From a virus, in the IMG/VR virus record IMGVR_UViG_3300037459_000157, positions 6,640-70,639 of that record: a stretch of DNA of 64,000 nt. One strand, written 5' to 3'. The notes under the pieces are model-generated. The model worked only from the letters and a program-made list of their open reading frames with translations, was not told the origin of the DNA and did not search any database. Positions 28,239-38,591 of the stretch are shown here, piece by piece; position 1 is the first letter of the stretch; every line of letters starts with the position of its first letter. The position numbers were made by a program, and so were the translations under genes.

Positions 28239-28637
28239 ATGGCTAAATCTCCAAGCAACACATCAAGCAACACATCAAGCACATCGCAACCGGCGGAGCC
28301 CAAATCTCCAACGCTCATTCCGGTATTCAATCACACCAATCACATGATTGATGTTGGCCTTGTCCTCCGCAAGGCGGGCACAGTAGGGACAGGTCCTGAG
28401 GCTAAACTTATTACGTTCCTGCCGGGGAACAACAGCATCGACAGCCGCGATCTGGAGAAATGCGAGGCGCATCCGCTCTGGCATATCCACGTCGAGCGAC
28501 ATGAGCATCGCGGTTTGACCGGAAAGAAGTACAAGGGTGTCGAGCTAGAGGTTGGCCTGCACGATAAAGAGTTCGAGGTCGAGGCGACGGAGCTCGGAGA
28601 GCGCATGTTCCAGCTCAAGCAAAAGAAGGCAAGCTAG
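28239..28637 (+). CDS. Hypothetical virion protein
   Basis: Position after MCP; FLPGNN motif. Confidence 0.6.
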   Translation: MAKSPSNTSSNTSSTSQPAEPKSPTLIPVFNHTNHMIDVGLVLRKAGTVGTGPEAKLITFLPGNNSIDSRDLEKCEAHPLWHIHVERHEHRGLTGKKYKGVELEVGLHDKEFEVEATELGERMFQLKQKKAS

Positions 28638-28643
28638 TAGACC

Positions 28644-29039
28644 ATGGCTGCCACGGCACAGGATGTTCGCAACATTGACCTGACGGATGCGTTTGGGTTG
28701 ATTAGCGACGATCAGATCGATTGCATCATTCGAAACGAAGTGCCCTGCTACGTCAATGAGGCGCAGTTTGGTGACTGTGCAACGCAGGCGCAAGCACTGG
28801 TGGCGGCCCACCTACTGACCCTAGGCCTGGGCGGGAGCACTTCGCCGACTGGCGCGGTCACGTCTGAGTCTGCTGGCGGGCTGTCGCGGTCCTACGCATC
28901 TGCGCCGACCACTGCAGCTGGCGGGTTCTGGGCGTCCACGAGTTTCGGCCAACGATACTGGGCCATCGCCTCGACGCGTATCACCACTCCCATGGTGCTG
29001 CATGTGGCCGGGGTCACGCCTGAGGTGCCCATCATATGA
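28644..29039 (+). CDS. Head-tail adaptor (DUF4054-like)
   Basis: LVAAHLL, VTSESAGGLSRSY, STSFGQRY. Confidence 0.85.
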   Translation: MAATAQDVRNIDLTDAFGLISDDQIDCIIRNEVPCYVNEAQFGDCATQAQALVAAHLLTLGLGGSTSPTGAVTSESAGGLSRSYASAPTTAAGGFWASTSFGQRYWAIASTRITTPMVLHVAGVTPEVPII

Positions 29040-29551
29040 GTGTTCGCGACATCGATCGCGGGTGGAAGAAGATCCGGGCAGAGATGTCTGAGTTCGCTAA
29101 GCACGATGTCATCGTTGGGTGGATCGAGGGCAAGAAATCAGAGAGGGACGAGGAGGGCGACCAAGCTGCTGGCATCAACAACGCAACACTCGCGGCTATC
29201 CACGAGTTCGGTACCAACGACGGCTCTATCCCAGAGGGTCGTCTCGGCTTCCGCGAATGGCAGGACCGGAGTCAGACGCAGATCGGCGACCGCATCCAGG
29301 AGGCTTACACCAACTCAATCAAGCGAGGCGGCGACGCAATGCGCGAGCTGAACAGGCTCGGGCTATGGGCCGCGTCCGCCTGGCGCAAGTATCAGCGCGA
29401 CGTTCAGCCTGGGCCGGAGATCGGCGAAGCTCGCGAGAAGCAGATTATCAGAGAACACGGTCGCAAGGCATTCTTCAAATCGAAGAAGCTCATCGACACG
29501 GGCCAGCTCGTTCAGGGCGCAACGCACCAGGTACGTAGGAGGGTCGGCTGA
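29036..29551 (+). CDS. Neck / virion morphogenesis protein
   Basis: NATLAAIHEFGT..IP and LIDTGQL motifs. Confidence 0.8.
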   Translation: MSVRDIDRGWKKIRAEMSEFAKHDVIVGWIEGKKSERDEEGDQAAGINNATLAAIHEFGTNDGSIPEGRLGFREWQDRSQTQIGDRIQEAYTNSIKRGGDAMRELNRLGLWAASAWRKYQRDVQPGPEIGEAREKQIIREHGRKAFFKSKKLIDTGQLVQGATHQVRRRVG

Positions 29552-29946
29552 TGGTAGTGTTCAGCCGACTCAACGGTGTGGTCCGGTCCCTCGGAACACC
29601 TGGCAGCGTCACTCTGGAGCGGTCGAATGGTGTGACGACGAACGACGAGGGCGGCGCGGTTCGCCTGCCCCCGACGCTGCGCGTATTGGAGCCGACCGTG
29701 GTGCACCCGATCTCCGGGCGCGACCGCAACCTGATGCCTGAGGGCGTTCGGACCCGAGAGATCATCGTGGTCCACGTCAATGAGATTTTGCGGACCAGCG
29801 TAGAGTTTGGCGAGCTCGCAGACGTGCTCATCCACAAGCCGAGCAGCGAGGTTGAGCCCAGCCGATACATCGTCAACACGGTGGAGAACTGGGGCCATGT
29901 CAGCAACAGCTGGCGCGCGTTCGCGTCGCGGGAGCCGAAGTCATGA
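29551..29946 (+). CDS. Head closure protein
   Basis: VHP.SGRD..LMPEG.R motif; synteny. Confidence 0.7.
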   Translation: MVVFSRLNGVVRSLGTPGSVTLERSNGVTTNDEGGAVRLPPTLRVLEPTVVHPISGRDRNLMPEGVRTREIIVVHVNEILRTSVEFGELADVLIHKPSSEVEPSRYIVNTVENWGHVSNSWRAFASREPKS

Positions 29947-30782
29947 CCCGGCGCGCAGACATCATGCGGCGAGAGCTCCGGAGTATCGTCCTGGAGGCGG
30001 CGCCCGGTCTTACCGACTGCATATGGGAGCCGTACAATGCACCTCGCCCAGCTCGGCCGTACGCATCCTGGCGGCCGATCACCCAGCCCTCGTCTGGCGC
30101 ACGGCTTCTCGACGACACGCAGACTCTGGAGATCACCCGTCAGGCGCACGTCCAGGTGCTGAATGTTACGGTGGGCCAGCCGTATCGACTCGAATTCAAC
30201 AATGCGTCCGTGACCTCGACTCCGACTGGGGTCTCGACGCTGGCGAGCATTCGCGATGACCTCATCGCCAAGATCATCGCGGACCGCGACCCGGTGACGG
30301 CGTCGATCTTCGACGCGGACACGCTGCTGGTCGAGGGCACGACCGGGGCAGACATGTGGCGGGTGTTCGCGACCGGCGAGTTCCTCGAGGCGACTGAGGC
30401 CCCGGGCTCGCCGATCGACATCATAGATCTGATGCGCGCGCCGCTGGTGATGACGGCATCGCTCAACGTATTTTCGAAGGGCGTCGCGGCCGAGGGCGGC
30501 ACTGAGCTGCCCGACTCGTCGAGCTTCGCCCATGACATCGACGTGGCGTTTCGCAAGACTCGCATCGTCGAGCGGATGAATCGCGACCACTTGGCCGTGA
30601 CGAGGATCGCTGAGCCGGTGAACCTTGACGGCATCACGCCGAGCCAGGACGCGTTCGAGTCTCGGACAATGGTCGATTACAGCATTGGCCTGCCCTACTG
30701 GGAGGCGGATTTCATTGAGGAGATCGGCTCGGTAGAGGTTACAATCTCAACAGACAAGGGCACTCAAGTTTTCACGGTGTAG
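29943..30782 (+). CDS. Neck/tail terminator protein
   Basis: NAPRPARPYAS N-terminus; directly precedes sheath. Confidence 0.7.
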   Translation: MTRRADIMRRELRSIVLEAAPGLTDCIWEPYNAPRPARPYASWRPITQPSSGARLLDDTQTLEITRQAHVQVLNVTVGQPYRLEFNNASVTSTPTGVSTLASIRDDLIAKIIADRDPVTASIFDADTLLVEGTTGADMWRVFATGEFLEATEAPGSPIDIIDLMRAPLVMTASLNVFSKGVAAEGGTELPDSSSFAHDIDVAFRKTRIVERMNRDHLAVTRIAEPVNLDGITPSQDAFESRTMVDYSIGLPYWEADFIEEIGSVEVTISTDKGTQVFTV

Positions 30783-30788
30783 GATCTC

Positions 30789-32165
30789 ATGGCAAACATA
30801 GACCATTTCGTACAGGTGACCGTTACCAAGACCTCGGCATCCGTGACTCAGCAGGGTTTCGGACGTCCGCTGGGATTGTTTCAGGTTTCGACTTCAATTG
30901 TTCCTACTCGGTATGCGACATTCTCCTCGCCCGCCGAACTTATCACCGCCGGCGCGCTGACGACCGACCCGGTATTCATCTGGGCGCAGACGCTGCAGGG
31001 GCAGGAGTTTTCGCCGGTCGACTTTGCCGTTGGTCGTCGAGGTGCTGGCGTGGCGCAGGTGGATACGGTCACCATCACCACGGCAGACGACGGGCTGTGG
31101 TCACTGACGATCGACGGCACCGCGTACGAGTTTACAGCCTCAGAGTCAGACACCGAGCTCATCATTGCCCAGGGGCTGATGGATGCGATCCTGGCAGCCG
31201 ATGCGAGCCTGACTGAGGATGGGACGGCAGTCGTGGTCCCCGGCGGAACTCTGGTCTCGGCAGACTTCACAGTCACGGCGTTCATCGCTGGCGAGACGTT
31301 CGTCAATGGTGGCATTGCGACTGGCGTTGCAGGTGTAGGGACGTTCCTCAACACCACGGCGAACACCACAGCTGAGGATATCACGACCGCGCTGAATGCA
31401 GTCGTCGCAGAGAATGATGACTGGTACGGGCTCAACATTGAGGCTCGACAGGACGCTGACATTCTGCTTGCGAACACATTTATCGCCAGCCAGCTCAAAG
31501 TGCTGGTGGTCCAGTCCAGCGACGCCGATATCGTGACTACGGCGGGGGGAGACATCGGTTCGCAGCTTGGCGCCACAAGCAACAAGCGCACTCAGCTAAT
31601 GCGGCACTTCAAGCCCAAGCAGTTCGCCGATGGCGCGATGACTGGGCGAGCACTCGCGGCCCAGCTCGATGAGCCGGATGGGCAGATCACCTGGTTTGCG
31701 AAGCAGCTGCAGATCATCTTCCCGAATCCGCTCAACACTTCGGAGCTCGTCAACCTAGAGGCCAACAACGCCGACACCTTCGTCACCACCAAAGGCCGCG
31801 GTGTGGTGTGGCTTGGTCAGTCGGTCGAGGGTGAGTTCATGGACGTGCAGACGACCACCGACTGGACCCAGTCCAGGGTTGGTGAGGCCGTATTTGCGAT
31901 CATCGCAACGACGCCCACCAAGCTCCCGTTCACCGACGCCGGCATTGCATCGGTCAAGTCTGAGACGCTTGGCGTGCTGCTGCTAGGCGTGACCAACGGC
32001 CACTTCACCGCAGACAACCCGCTGTTCCCACGCGTGACGGTGCCGAGGAGCGTGGACGTTTCGACAGCCGACAAGAACGCGCGCATCCTACGTGGCGTTT
32101 TGGGCGAGGCGATCTTGCAGGGCGCCATCCACCAAGTCATCATCCGGGTGAACATTGAGGCATAG
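30789..32165 (+). CDS. Tail sheath protein (DUF3383)
   Basis: GFGRPL, DWYGL, GEFMDV, KLPFTDAGI, GAIHQV. Confidence 0.9.
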   Translation: MANIDHFVQVTVTKTSASVTQQGFGRPLGLFQVSTSIVPTRYATFSSPAELITAGALTTDPVFIWAQTLQGQEFSPVDFAVGRRGAGVAQVDTVTITTADDGLWSLTIDGTAYEFTASESDTELIIAQGLMDAILAADASLTEDGTAVVVPGGTLVSADFTVTAFIAGETFVNGGIATGVAGVGTFLNTTANTTAEDITTALNAVVAENDDWYGLNIEARQDADILLANTFIASQLKVLVVQSSDADIVTTAGGDIGSQLGATSNKRTQLMRHFKPKQFADGAMTGRALAAQLDEPDGQITWFAKQLQIIFPNPLNTSELVNLEANNADTFVTTKGRGVVWLGQSVEGEFMDVQTTTDWTQSRVGEAVFAIIATTPTKLPFTDAGIASVKSETLGVLLLGVTNGHFTADNPLFPRVTVPRSVDVSTADKNARILRGVLGEAILQGAIHQVIIRVNIEA

Positions 32166-32168
32166 ATC

Positions 32169-32621
32169 ATGGCCGACACATACGATCCGAAAAGCGTACT
32201 CATCAACTTCGGCGGAACGTCGATCAAGGACGGCATCGCTGACGGCACCTTCGTGTCCGTTGTCCGCAATGCGCGAACTCGAACGGTTCGCGTGGGCTCG
32301 GACAGCGGGGCCACCATCATGGTGGACCCAAACCGCAGCGCGGTTGTCCAGCTGACCTACCTGGCTGGTTCGGCAACGAACACCGTGCTCGACAAGATTC
32401 GGGAGAGCGAGGACGCGACCCCGGCGATCTACAAGGTCGGCACATTGTCGATTGAGTACCTCAATGGCGACACGGCTGTCGTCGACAACAATGCGTTCAT
32501 CGACGGACCGCCCGACATCACTTATGAAACTGGTGAGTCGACGCGGACTTGGACAATCATCTGTCCGAACGTTACGATGAACGCCAGAGGCACGGACTCG
32601 CCGATTCGCATCGGGGCGTAG
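32169..32621 (+). CDS. Tail tube protein 1 (DUF3277-like)
   Basis: TYDPKSV, GIADGTFV, RTWTI. Confidence 0.85.
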   Translation: MADTYDPKSVLINFGGTSIKDGIADGTFVSVVRNARTRTVRVGSDSGATIMVDPNRSAVVQLTYLAGSATNTVLDKIRESEDATPAIYKVGTLSIEYLNGDTAVVDNNAFIDGPPDITYETGESTRTWTIICPNVTMNARGTDSPIRIGA

Positions 32622-32624
32622 TCT

Positions 32625-33098
32625 ATGGTGGCGATTAAGACGCCTGCCACCGTCTACGATCCTAGGCGCGTGGTTGTCACCTTCGGACTCTTGCCGATAC
32701 GCGGCTATGCGCCTGGACGATTCATCACTGCGCGCCGGGACGTCTCGACGTGGAGCACGGTCGATGGCACCAATGGTGAGTTCAAGCGGAGGCGCAGCCG
32801 CAAGAAGAGCGGCACGGTCGAGTTGGTGCTGCGCGGGACAGCGCCAATCAACCGGGCGCTTGGCATCATCGCCAAGTTCGACGAGCGGTCGGGCAACGTG
32901 TTCGCCAAGCTGGCGATCACGGACACCCTGAATGGCGGGCTGCTCTTCAGCGGTGAGGCGTACATTGAAACCTTCCCCGACATGGTCTATGGTCAGCAAG
33001 AGGGTGACGTCACCTGGCGGTTTAGATGCGATGAATTGAACCTGACATACCCGGGTCTGTCAGCCGAGACGCTCGCCCTAAGAATTGGGTCTTCCTAA
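32625..33098 (+). CDS. Tail tube-like protein 2 (DUF3277-like paralog)
   Basis: VYDPRRV, GYAPGRFI, VTWRF. Confidence 0.75.
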   Translation: MVAIKTPATVYDPRRVVVTFGLLPIRGYAPGRFITARRDVSTWSTVDGTNGEFKRRRSRKKSGTVELVLRGTAPINRALGIIAKFDERSGNVFAKLAITDTLNGGLLFSGEAYIETFPDMVYGQQEGDVTWRFRCDELNLTYPGLSAETLALRIGSS

Positions 33099-33135
33099 TT
33101 CGACTAGCAAAATCACACTCCCAAAGTGAAGCAAG

Positions 33136-33651
33136 ATGAGAGAAGCAGAATCAAAAACAATCGACGGCCACAAGTACCGATGTCAAATGATGTCGGTACG
33201 CAGTGCGCACCAAACTTTCCTGAACCTGTGCAATACCATTGGTGAGCCAGTTGTAAAAGCAATTGCCGATGGTGCAGCCGACATGGAAGGCGATGCGATT
33301 CGTCTCATAGTCATGGCCATCACTGCCGCAGCGCAGAACCTTGAGGGCGGGCCTGGTGATCGGCTCATCGAGTCCGTGTTCAATGGTGTGTCCTACCTCG
33401 ACGAAGAGACCGACGCGAAGCCAGGATTTGCGCTTAAGGCGTGGGATGAAGACTTCGAACGGCACTTTAAAGGGCATCTGTTCAGCATGTACAAGGTATG
33501 GGCCTGGTCGGTGGAGGTGAACTACCGAGATTTTTTAGAAGGAGCCCAAGGCCTTGGGGGCGACAAGACGGTGGGCCTGGTAAAGCAAGGACTGAACTTC
33601 CTCCAAACGCCGACCTCGGCATCTGGTCCATCGTCTTCAACGAGCAGCTGA
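33136..33651 (+). CDS. Tail assembly chaperone (gpG-like)
   Basis: Position before tape measure; FERHF.G...VNYRDF. Confidence 0.8.
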   Translation: MREAESKTIDGHKYRCQMMSVRSAHQTFLNLCNTIGEPVVKAIADGAADMEGDAIRLIVMAITAAAQNLEGGPGDRLIESVFNGVSYLDEETDAKPGFALKAWDEDFERHFKGHLFSMYKVWAWSVEVNYRDFLEGAQGLGGDKTVGLVKQGLNFLQTPTSASGPSSSTSS

Positions 33652-33800
33652 GCGTGGGCTTGGTGGAGATTGAAACTCAATGGAGCATCAACGACCTGGC
33701 GAACGCGCACGAGATGATCAGCTGGAAAAACGCTCGTATACTCGACGAGCAGAAGGCCCAAGCGCTGGTGAGGAAGGCCAACGAGGCGGGTCGTCGATGA
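33531..33800 (+). other. Programmed -1 frameshift site T TTT TTA (33531-33537) giving the gpGT-like extension to stop 33800
   Basis: In-frame X XXY YYZ heptamer; open -1 frame contains WSINDLANAHEMI. Confidence 0.75.
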
Positions 33801-34030
33801 GCGAGATCTTCCGAGGGGCTCGCTATACCTTCGGCGGGCTCATCGTGGCGACGCTGTGGAGCCTTGGCATGGTGGAGTTCGTCGAGTGGAAGCTGGGCTA
33901 CAATGCAGATCAAATGGCGATCGAGCTAGCCGCGGACGACAAGAGCTTGATGCGATTTGGGCCTGACCCTGATGCGAGCGACGCTGAGGTCCAGCGATAC
34001 AACGAGCAGAAGGCCCAGGCAGGAGAGTAG
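33797..34030 (+). CDS. Small membrane protein between chaperone and tape measure
   Basis: ATGA overlap; one TM segment. Confidence 0.55.
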   Translation: MSEIFRGARYTFGGLIVATLWSLGMVEFVEWKLGYNADQMAIELAADDKSLMRFGPDPDASDAEVQRYNEQKAQAGE

Positions 34031-34033
34031 ATC

Positions 34034-35887
34034 ATGGCAGCCAAGGTCACAGTCCGAGAACTCGTCACCAAGCTTACTATTGGTGGAAACGCCACCGATA
34101 GGCTGGCTAAGTTCGGTCTGGCCATGAATGGTGTCAAGGCTGGGCTCGGCATCCTGGTCGGCGTGGTCAAGGCTGCCAGCAGGGCAACGCTCGGGCTAGT
34201 GGACGACGTGACCTCGCTCGGTGATTCGATCGCCAAGACCTCACGGCAGATCGGTATATCTGCGAGGTCATTCCAGCGCCTTAGCTTCGCGGCTGACCGC
34301 TCTGGTGCGTCCGCGAGGTCTCTTCGCAAGGGACTGCTGAATATTTCGAAGAATCTCAGGGATGCAGAGATCGCGGCAGGCAAAGGCAAGGGCACGGGGT
34401 TCACTGGAGCCCTGGCTGAGCTTGGATTGCGATTCAAGGATTTGCAGGGTCTGAGTCCAGAGAAGCAGCTCGGACTGCTTGGCGATGCACTCAACGGGAT
34501 CACCGACAAGAGCCGGCGAGCGGCGCTTGCTCAGCAGCTGCTTGGCGTAAGGTCGGGTCCGGAGCTCGCCTCCCTTTTGGCTGAGGGCACGGGCGGTCTC
34601 AAGGCGCTAGGCGACGAAGCAGAGCGCCTCGGACTGGTGCTGGACGACAAGGCTCTCGCCGCGTCCGAAGCATTCCAAGACAGCATGACGGACCTCAAGG
34701 CGGTGCTGACAGGCGTCAAGAACACCATTGGTGTTGCCTTGATTCCCATCGTTGAGAAGGCCGTAAAGAACTTCAAGGACTGGATTCTTGCAAACAAAGA
34801 CTTTATAAAAATAAACTTCGAGAAAGTTGTCAAGGCCCTTACAGGCGCGTTTGATGAACTGATCAAGAACTCGGATAAAATAGTTTCCGGATTCGAAGAT
34901 CTCGTGAACCTTGGACGTGGCGTATTCGACTTCTTCTCGGGCCTGATAGAACTTGTCGGCGGGCTCAGCAACGCGATCAAGATTGCGGCTGCCGGGTGGG
35001 TTGCCTACAAAGCGGCCATGATAGCAGCTACGGCTGGTCTGTTGCTGAATCCCTTTGTGGCGCTGGGGGTTGCACTGGCTGGGATTGCGGCGGCGCTTGT
35101 ACTGATTGAAATTGAATCTGAGAATGCGAGAAAGGCCTTACTCAATTTCCAGTCAGTCTCATCAAAGGCCGACAAGCCAGTAGATGAAAAGCAGGCACGG
35201 TCTGATGCAAGTGCGATAGCGAGGGGCATAAGATCAGGCCAGGGCGTTGACAGGTCAGTTCGTAAAAGACTTGCAGGCACATCAAGAGCTCAGCTGAACA
35301 GAACGTTTGGCAGGGCAGAAGCTCTGATAGCAAGAGGGACCGAAAGAGTCGCAGGACCATTCGGCTCAACTGTTGTTAGGCGCGTCAGTAGGGGAAATCT
35401 ACCAGGCGAGGTAGATGCCTTGAGGGCACTCGAGGCAAGAACGCGAGCAGACAGGGACGCGGCAAGGGAGGCGATCGCCAGGGAGTCGGAGATCGATGCC
35501 ATGTTCGCTGAGAATATTGGCGATATCTCGACACCTGTACCTGTCGGTGCTACTGGCGGAGGTCGAAGGTTCCGGCCAATTAGCGAAGGCCTCGGCAAGG
35601 GCAAGAAGGGCACAGACGAAAGCCTCAACGACATCCTCATCGAAGCCATCAAAAGCGGGCAGTTGCCTGAGTCCGCGGCGCTGCTCACAAGCACTCAGCC
35701 GCCCATCATCATCCCAATCACCAACATCACTGTCCAGATGGAGGTCGATGCATCGACGGAGATCAACGGCATCGCCGGCGAAGACGTCGAGTCATTTGGT
35801 GAGCGCGTGCGCGATGTCGTAGTCGAGGCGCTCGGCACTGAGATGCGCGACGCCATGGACCAGCTGAGGCCGCAACTAGCGAGGTAA
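34034..35887 (+). CDS. Tape measure protein
   Basis: VRELVTKL start, Ala/Gly/Leu-rich helices, TM segments, synteny. Confidence 0.85.
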   Translation: MAAKVTVRELVTKLTIGGNATDRLAKFGLAMNGVKAGLGILVGVVKAASRATLGLVDDVTSLGDSIAKTSRQIGISARSFQRLSFAADRSGASARSLRKGLLNISKNLRDAEIAAGKGKGTGFTGALAELGLRFKDLQGLSPEKQLGLLGDALNGITDKSRRAALAQQLLGVRSGPELASLLAEGTGGLKALGDEAERLGLVLDDKALAASEAFQDSMTDLKAVLTGVKNTIGVALIPIVEKAVKNFKDWILANKDFIKINFEKVVKALTGAFDELIKNSDKIVSGFEDLVNLGRGVFDFFSGLIELVGGLSNAIKIAAAGWVAYKAAMIAATAGLLLNPFVALGVALAGIAAALVLIEIESENARKALLNFQSVSSKADKPVDEKQARSDASAIARGIRSGQGVDRSVRKRLAGTSRAQLNRTFGRAEALIARGTERVAGPFGSTVVRRVSRGNLPGEVDALRALEARTRADRDAAREAIARESEIDAMFAENIGDISTPVPVGATGGGRRFRPISEGLGKGKKGTDESLNDILIEAIKSGQLPESAALLTSTQPPIIIPITNITVQMEVDASTEINGIAGEDVESFGERVRDVVVEALGTEMRDAMDQLRPQLAR

Positions 35888-35891
35888 CACC

Positions 35892-36494
35892 ATGGCTGAA
35901 AGCGATATCATCATCGTCCCTCAGGACCAGACGGTCAACGATCGCCTCGTGGTGCTCTCTGACTTCCAGACGCGTCGGGGCTATCGGTTCGACGCGGTTA
36001 CTCAATACGGTACCCAGCGATCGTACAGGCCTACCAAGCACTCAGTGCCGAGTGGTGCGGCGATCACCGACCATGTGTCGAGGGACCCACTCGTGTTCCG
36101 GCTGGTGGGCGTGCTCACGCCGTACAACGTCGTGTCCCTGGCTGGTGTAGGAGGCGCATTTGCCAGCGCTGTGGAGGGCTCGGACGCTCTAGAGGCCGCA
36201 TTGCTGCAAGGTTCAGATTCAGCGCTAGATCTCATCCGGAAGAACCGCGACCAGCTGGTCCAGTTCGCCGACGAGTTTACGCTGCTGACGGTCCTGGGCA
36301 ACGAGTTCCAGTATGCGAACATGATCATCACCAGGATCAACGACCCGAAGACGCCAGCTCTCGGCGACTCCTACCAGCTCACGGTGTCGTTCCGAGAGAT
36401 TCGAATCGCGTTGGAGTCGTCTCGCATCGCTCCGCTCATCGACGCGGACGCGGACTCGCTCGGCGGCGGCGAAGTAAAGGATGTGGGCCAATGA
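35892..36494 (+). CDS. Baseplate/tube initiator (Dit-like)
   Basis: FDAV...T.H.V..GAAITDHV, Y.NMII, SFREI. Confidence 0.75.
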   Translation: MAESDIIIVPQDQTVNDRLVVLSDFQTRRGYRFDAVTQYGTQRSYRPTKHSVPSGAAITDHVSRDPLVFRLVGVLTPYNVVSLAGVGGAFASAVEGSDALEAALLQGSDSALDLIRKNRDQLVQFADEFTLLTVLGNEFQYANMIITRINDPKTPALGDSYQLTVSFREIRIALESSRIAPLIDADADSLGGGEVKDVGQ

Positions 36495-36871
36495 CCACGC
36501 AGACTCTCACGACCCCGCCCGTGCCATGGCCCTCGAAGTGGCGCAACTCTTACGAGCTGGACGGCCGGGTGTACTGGTTCTTGGTGACGTGGAACGACCG
36601 CGACGGCTATTGGTACTTGGCCGTGGGGTCGAGCGATCTCGTGTCTCAGGCGCAGGGCGTGACGCTGCACCTCGGCACGGACAAGCTGAGGCCGTTCAAG
36701 TATGGCGAGATTCCGCCGGGGCGACTCGATGTCGTCGACACCAGTGGCAAGTTCATCGAGCCAACACGTGCGGACATGGGCGCCCGCGTGTTGCTGCAAT
36801 ACACAGACTTTGAGGAGATCGTTCCCGGCAGTCGTGAGCTGTTCCCCATGGAGAGCACGCCACCGTCATAA
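36491..36871 (+). CDS. Baseplate plug-like protein
   Basis: ELDGRVY....WNDRDGYWY motif. Confidence 0.7.
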   Translation: MTTQTLTTPPVPWPSKWRNSYELDGRVYWFLVTWNDRDGYWYLAVGSSDLVSQAQGVTLHLGTDKLRPFKYGEIPPGRLDVVDTSGKFIEPTRADMGARVLLQYTDFEEIVPGSRELFPMESTPPS

Positions 36872-37923
36872 TGCAGTGGCTACGGAAAATCACGGTCGAG
36901 TATGGCCAGAACATCCCAGGGTCCGCCCTCGGGCCGTTGAACCCGTGGTCACTTACGTCTGAGGTCGACAGCGACTTCAGGATTCAGTTCCGGTTCACGC
37001 GGTCGAACACGAACCGCGCGGACACGGGCCGGCTCATCATTTACAATCTCCCGCCTGAGTTCCTGTCTGACATCCGCTCGGGCGTGCAGGAAGCGAACGA
37101 CGACCGGCTGCGAATCCTTGAGGGACCCAAGTTCAAGGGCGACCTCGACGGGCGCAACAACGAGCTGAGGATTCTTGCCCAGGCGAACTTGGTCAAGGTC
37201 TATGCCGGGTACAAGGACGGCACCAAGCTCATCTTTACGGGCGACATCACGAGCATCAACATGAGCTCAATGATGTCGGACAACGATATCATCACGACGA
37301 TCGACCTGGGCGACACCATCATTCCGCTCAAGTACGGCTGGCTGAACAAGACTTTCGCGGGCGGGTCGAGGCTGGACGATGTGCTGAACTCGATCCTTAA
37401 GTCTGCAGGCGTATCGGCGTCAGAGCAGGCGAAGAAGTTCCAGCTTGAGACCATCGCTGGAGTTGAGGTGGCAGAGTTTAAAAACGGGATGGCCGTCATC
37501 GGCGGCATCAAGCGCAACCTCGACTCGATCGTCGCGCGCTACGGTGTGCAGTGGTTCATCAAGGATGGCGAGTTCTTCTTCATGGCGCGCGGAGCTTTGA
37601 TCGATGACTTCGCGATTCGCCTGGACCTGGGCGACAACGTGCTGCGGCCGGTCAGCGACCTCGATGGCGACAGCGTCAAGTTCACCATGTTGCTGGATGG
37701 TGACATGTTGCCCGGTCGGGGGTTCCGAATCTTCGACGAGAACGGACAGCCGACATCGAAGTCAGGCTACCGAGCGGACACGGTGACGTACATCGGGGAC
37801 ACCCACGGAAATCCATGGTATTGCATGGTGGAGGGCATCAGCATCGACGACAAGGGATTCCCCCCGGCGCTCGCTCTCACACCTGACCAAGCTTTCACCA
37901 CTGAGAGTGTGGCCGTACCATGA
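36871..37923 (+). CDS. Baseplate hub protein
   Basis: IYNL, AGY...LIFTGDI, WFIKDG, GDTHG.PW. Confidence 0.8.
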   Translation: MQWLRKITVEYGQNIPGSALGPLNPWSLTSEVDSDFRIQFRFTRSNTNRADTGRLIIYNLPPEFLSDIRSGVQEANDDRLRILEGPKFKGDLDGRNNELRILAQANLVKVYAGYKDGTKLIFTGDITSINMSSMMSDNDIITTIDLGDTIIPLKYGWLNKTFAGGSRLDDVLNSILKSAGVSASEQAKKFQLETIAGVEVAEFKNGMAVIGGIKRNLDSIVARYGVQWFIKDGEFFFMARGALIDDFAIRLDLGDNVLRPVSDLDGDSVKFTMLLDGDMLPGRGFRIFDENGQPTSKSGYRADTVTYIGDTHGNPWYCMVEGISIDDKGFPPALALTPDQAFTTESVAVP

Positions 37924-38591
37924 CACAGGGACCAGAGACACCCTACTCGTACAGCATGCGTCGGCCGACGCTGGTCGACGTGATCTCTGCGGCGAATCGC
38001 AGCAATAGTCTGGATCTGCGTGTCGCCTTCCCTGCGACCGTGACTGAGGTTCAGGACGGCGGTGCTCGTGTCAAGCTGCTGCCGGACATCAAGAATGTCA
38101 TCAACACCGAGACGGGCGAGGAGATTATCGAACAGGCCGAGCTCTCCGAGATGCCGGTCTGGACCTACGGCCAAGGGTCTGACGATGGTGGGTACATGCA
38201 ATTCCCCGTGCGCGTGGGGGACAAGGGCATGGTCATCGTCAACGACCGCAGCATAGGCGGATGGTACGAGACGGGGATACCCGACCAGCCTGCGGGCTAC
38301 CACACGCACAACGTCATCGATGGGATATTCATTCCCGGTCTTCGCGATAGCACGCGAGCTCTGGCTCAGGACTCGACGGCGGCTGTTCTCGAGCATGATT
38401 CGATTAAGCTTGGTGCGACTGCTTCACTTGGTGCAGCTCGGACTACGGACGTAGTCGATGCCACACCGGACATGATTCTCTGGATGGAGGCGGTTGCCAC
38501 TGCCATCCTTGCCATCCCAGGGCCGAAGATTCCATTCCCGGCGAGCTTCGCTACCATCACCGGCGGGTCAGAGAAGACGAAGATCGAATGA
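37920..38591 (+). CDS. Baseplate spike (Gp138-N-like)
   Basis: FPVRVGDKG....DRSI..W and H...DGIFIPG. Confidence 0.8.
   Translation: MTQGPETPYSYSMRRPTLVDVISAANRSNSLDLRVAFPATVTEVQDGGARVKLLPDIKNVINTETGEEIIEQAELSEMPVWTYGQGSDDGGYMQFPVRVGDKGMVIVNDRSIGGWYETGIPDQPAGYHTHNVIDGIFIPGLRDSTRALAQDSTAAVLEHDSIKLGATASLGAARTTDVVDATPDMILWMEAVATAILAIPGPKIPFPASFATITGGSEKTKIE

Noticed and set aside
29490-33000. Long antisense ORFs (e.g. 29490-30590, 32088-32999)
   Set aside because: Shadows of high-GC structural genes on the opposite strand, with no protein-like motifs
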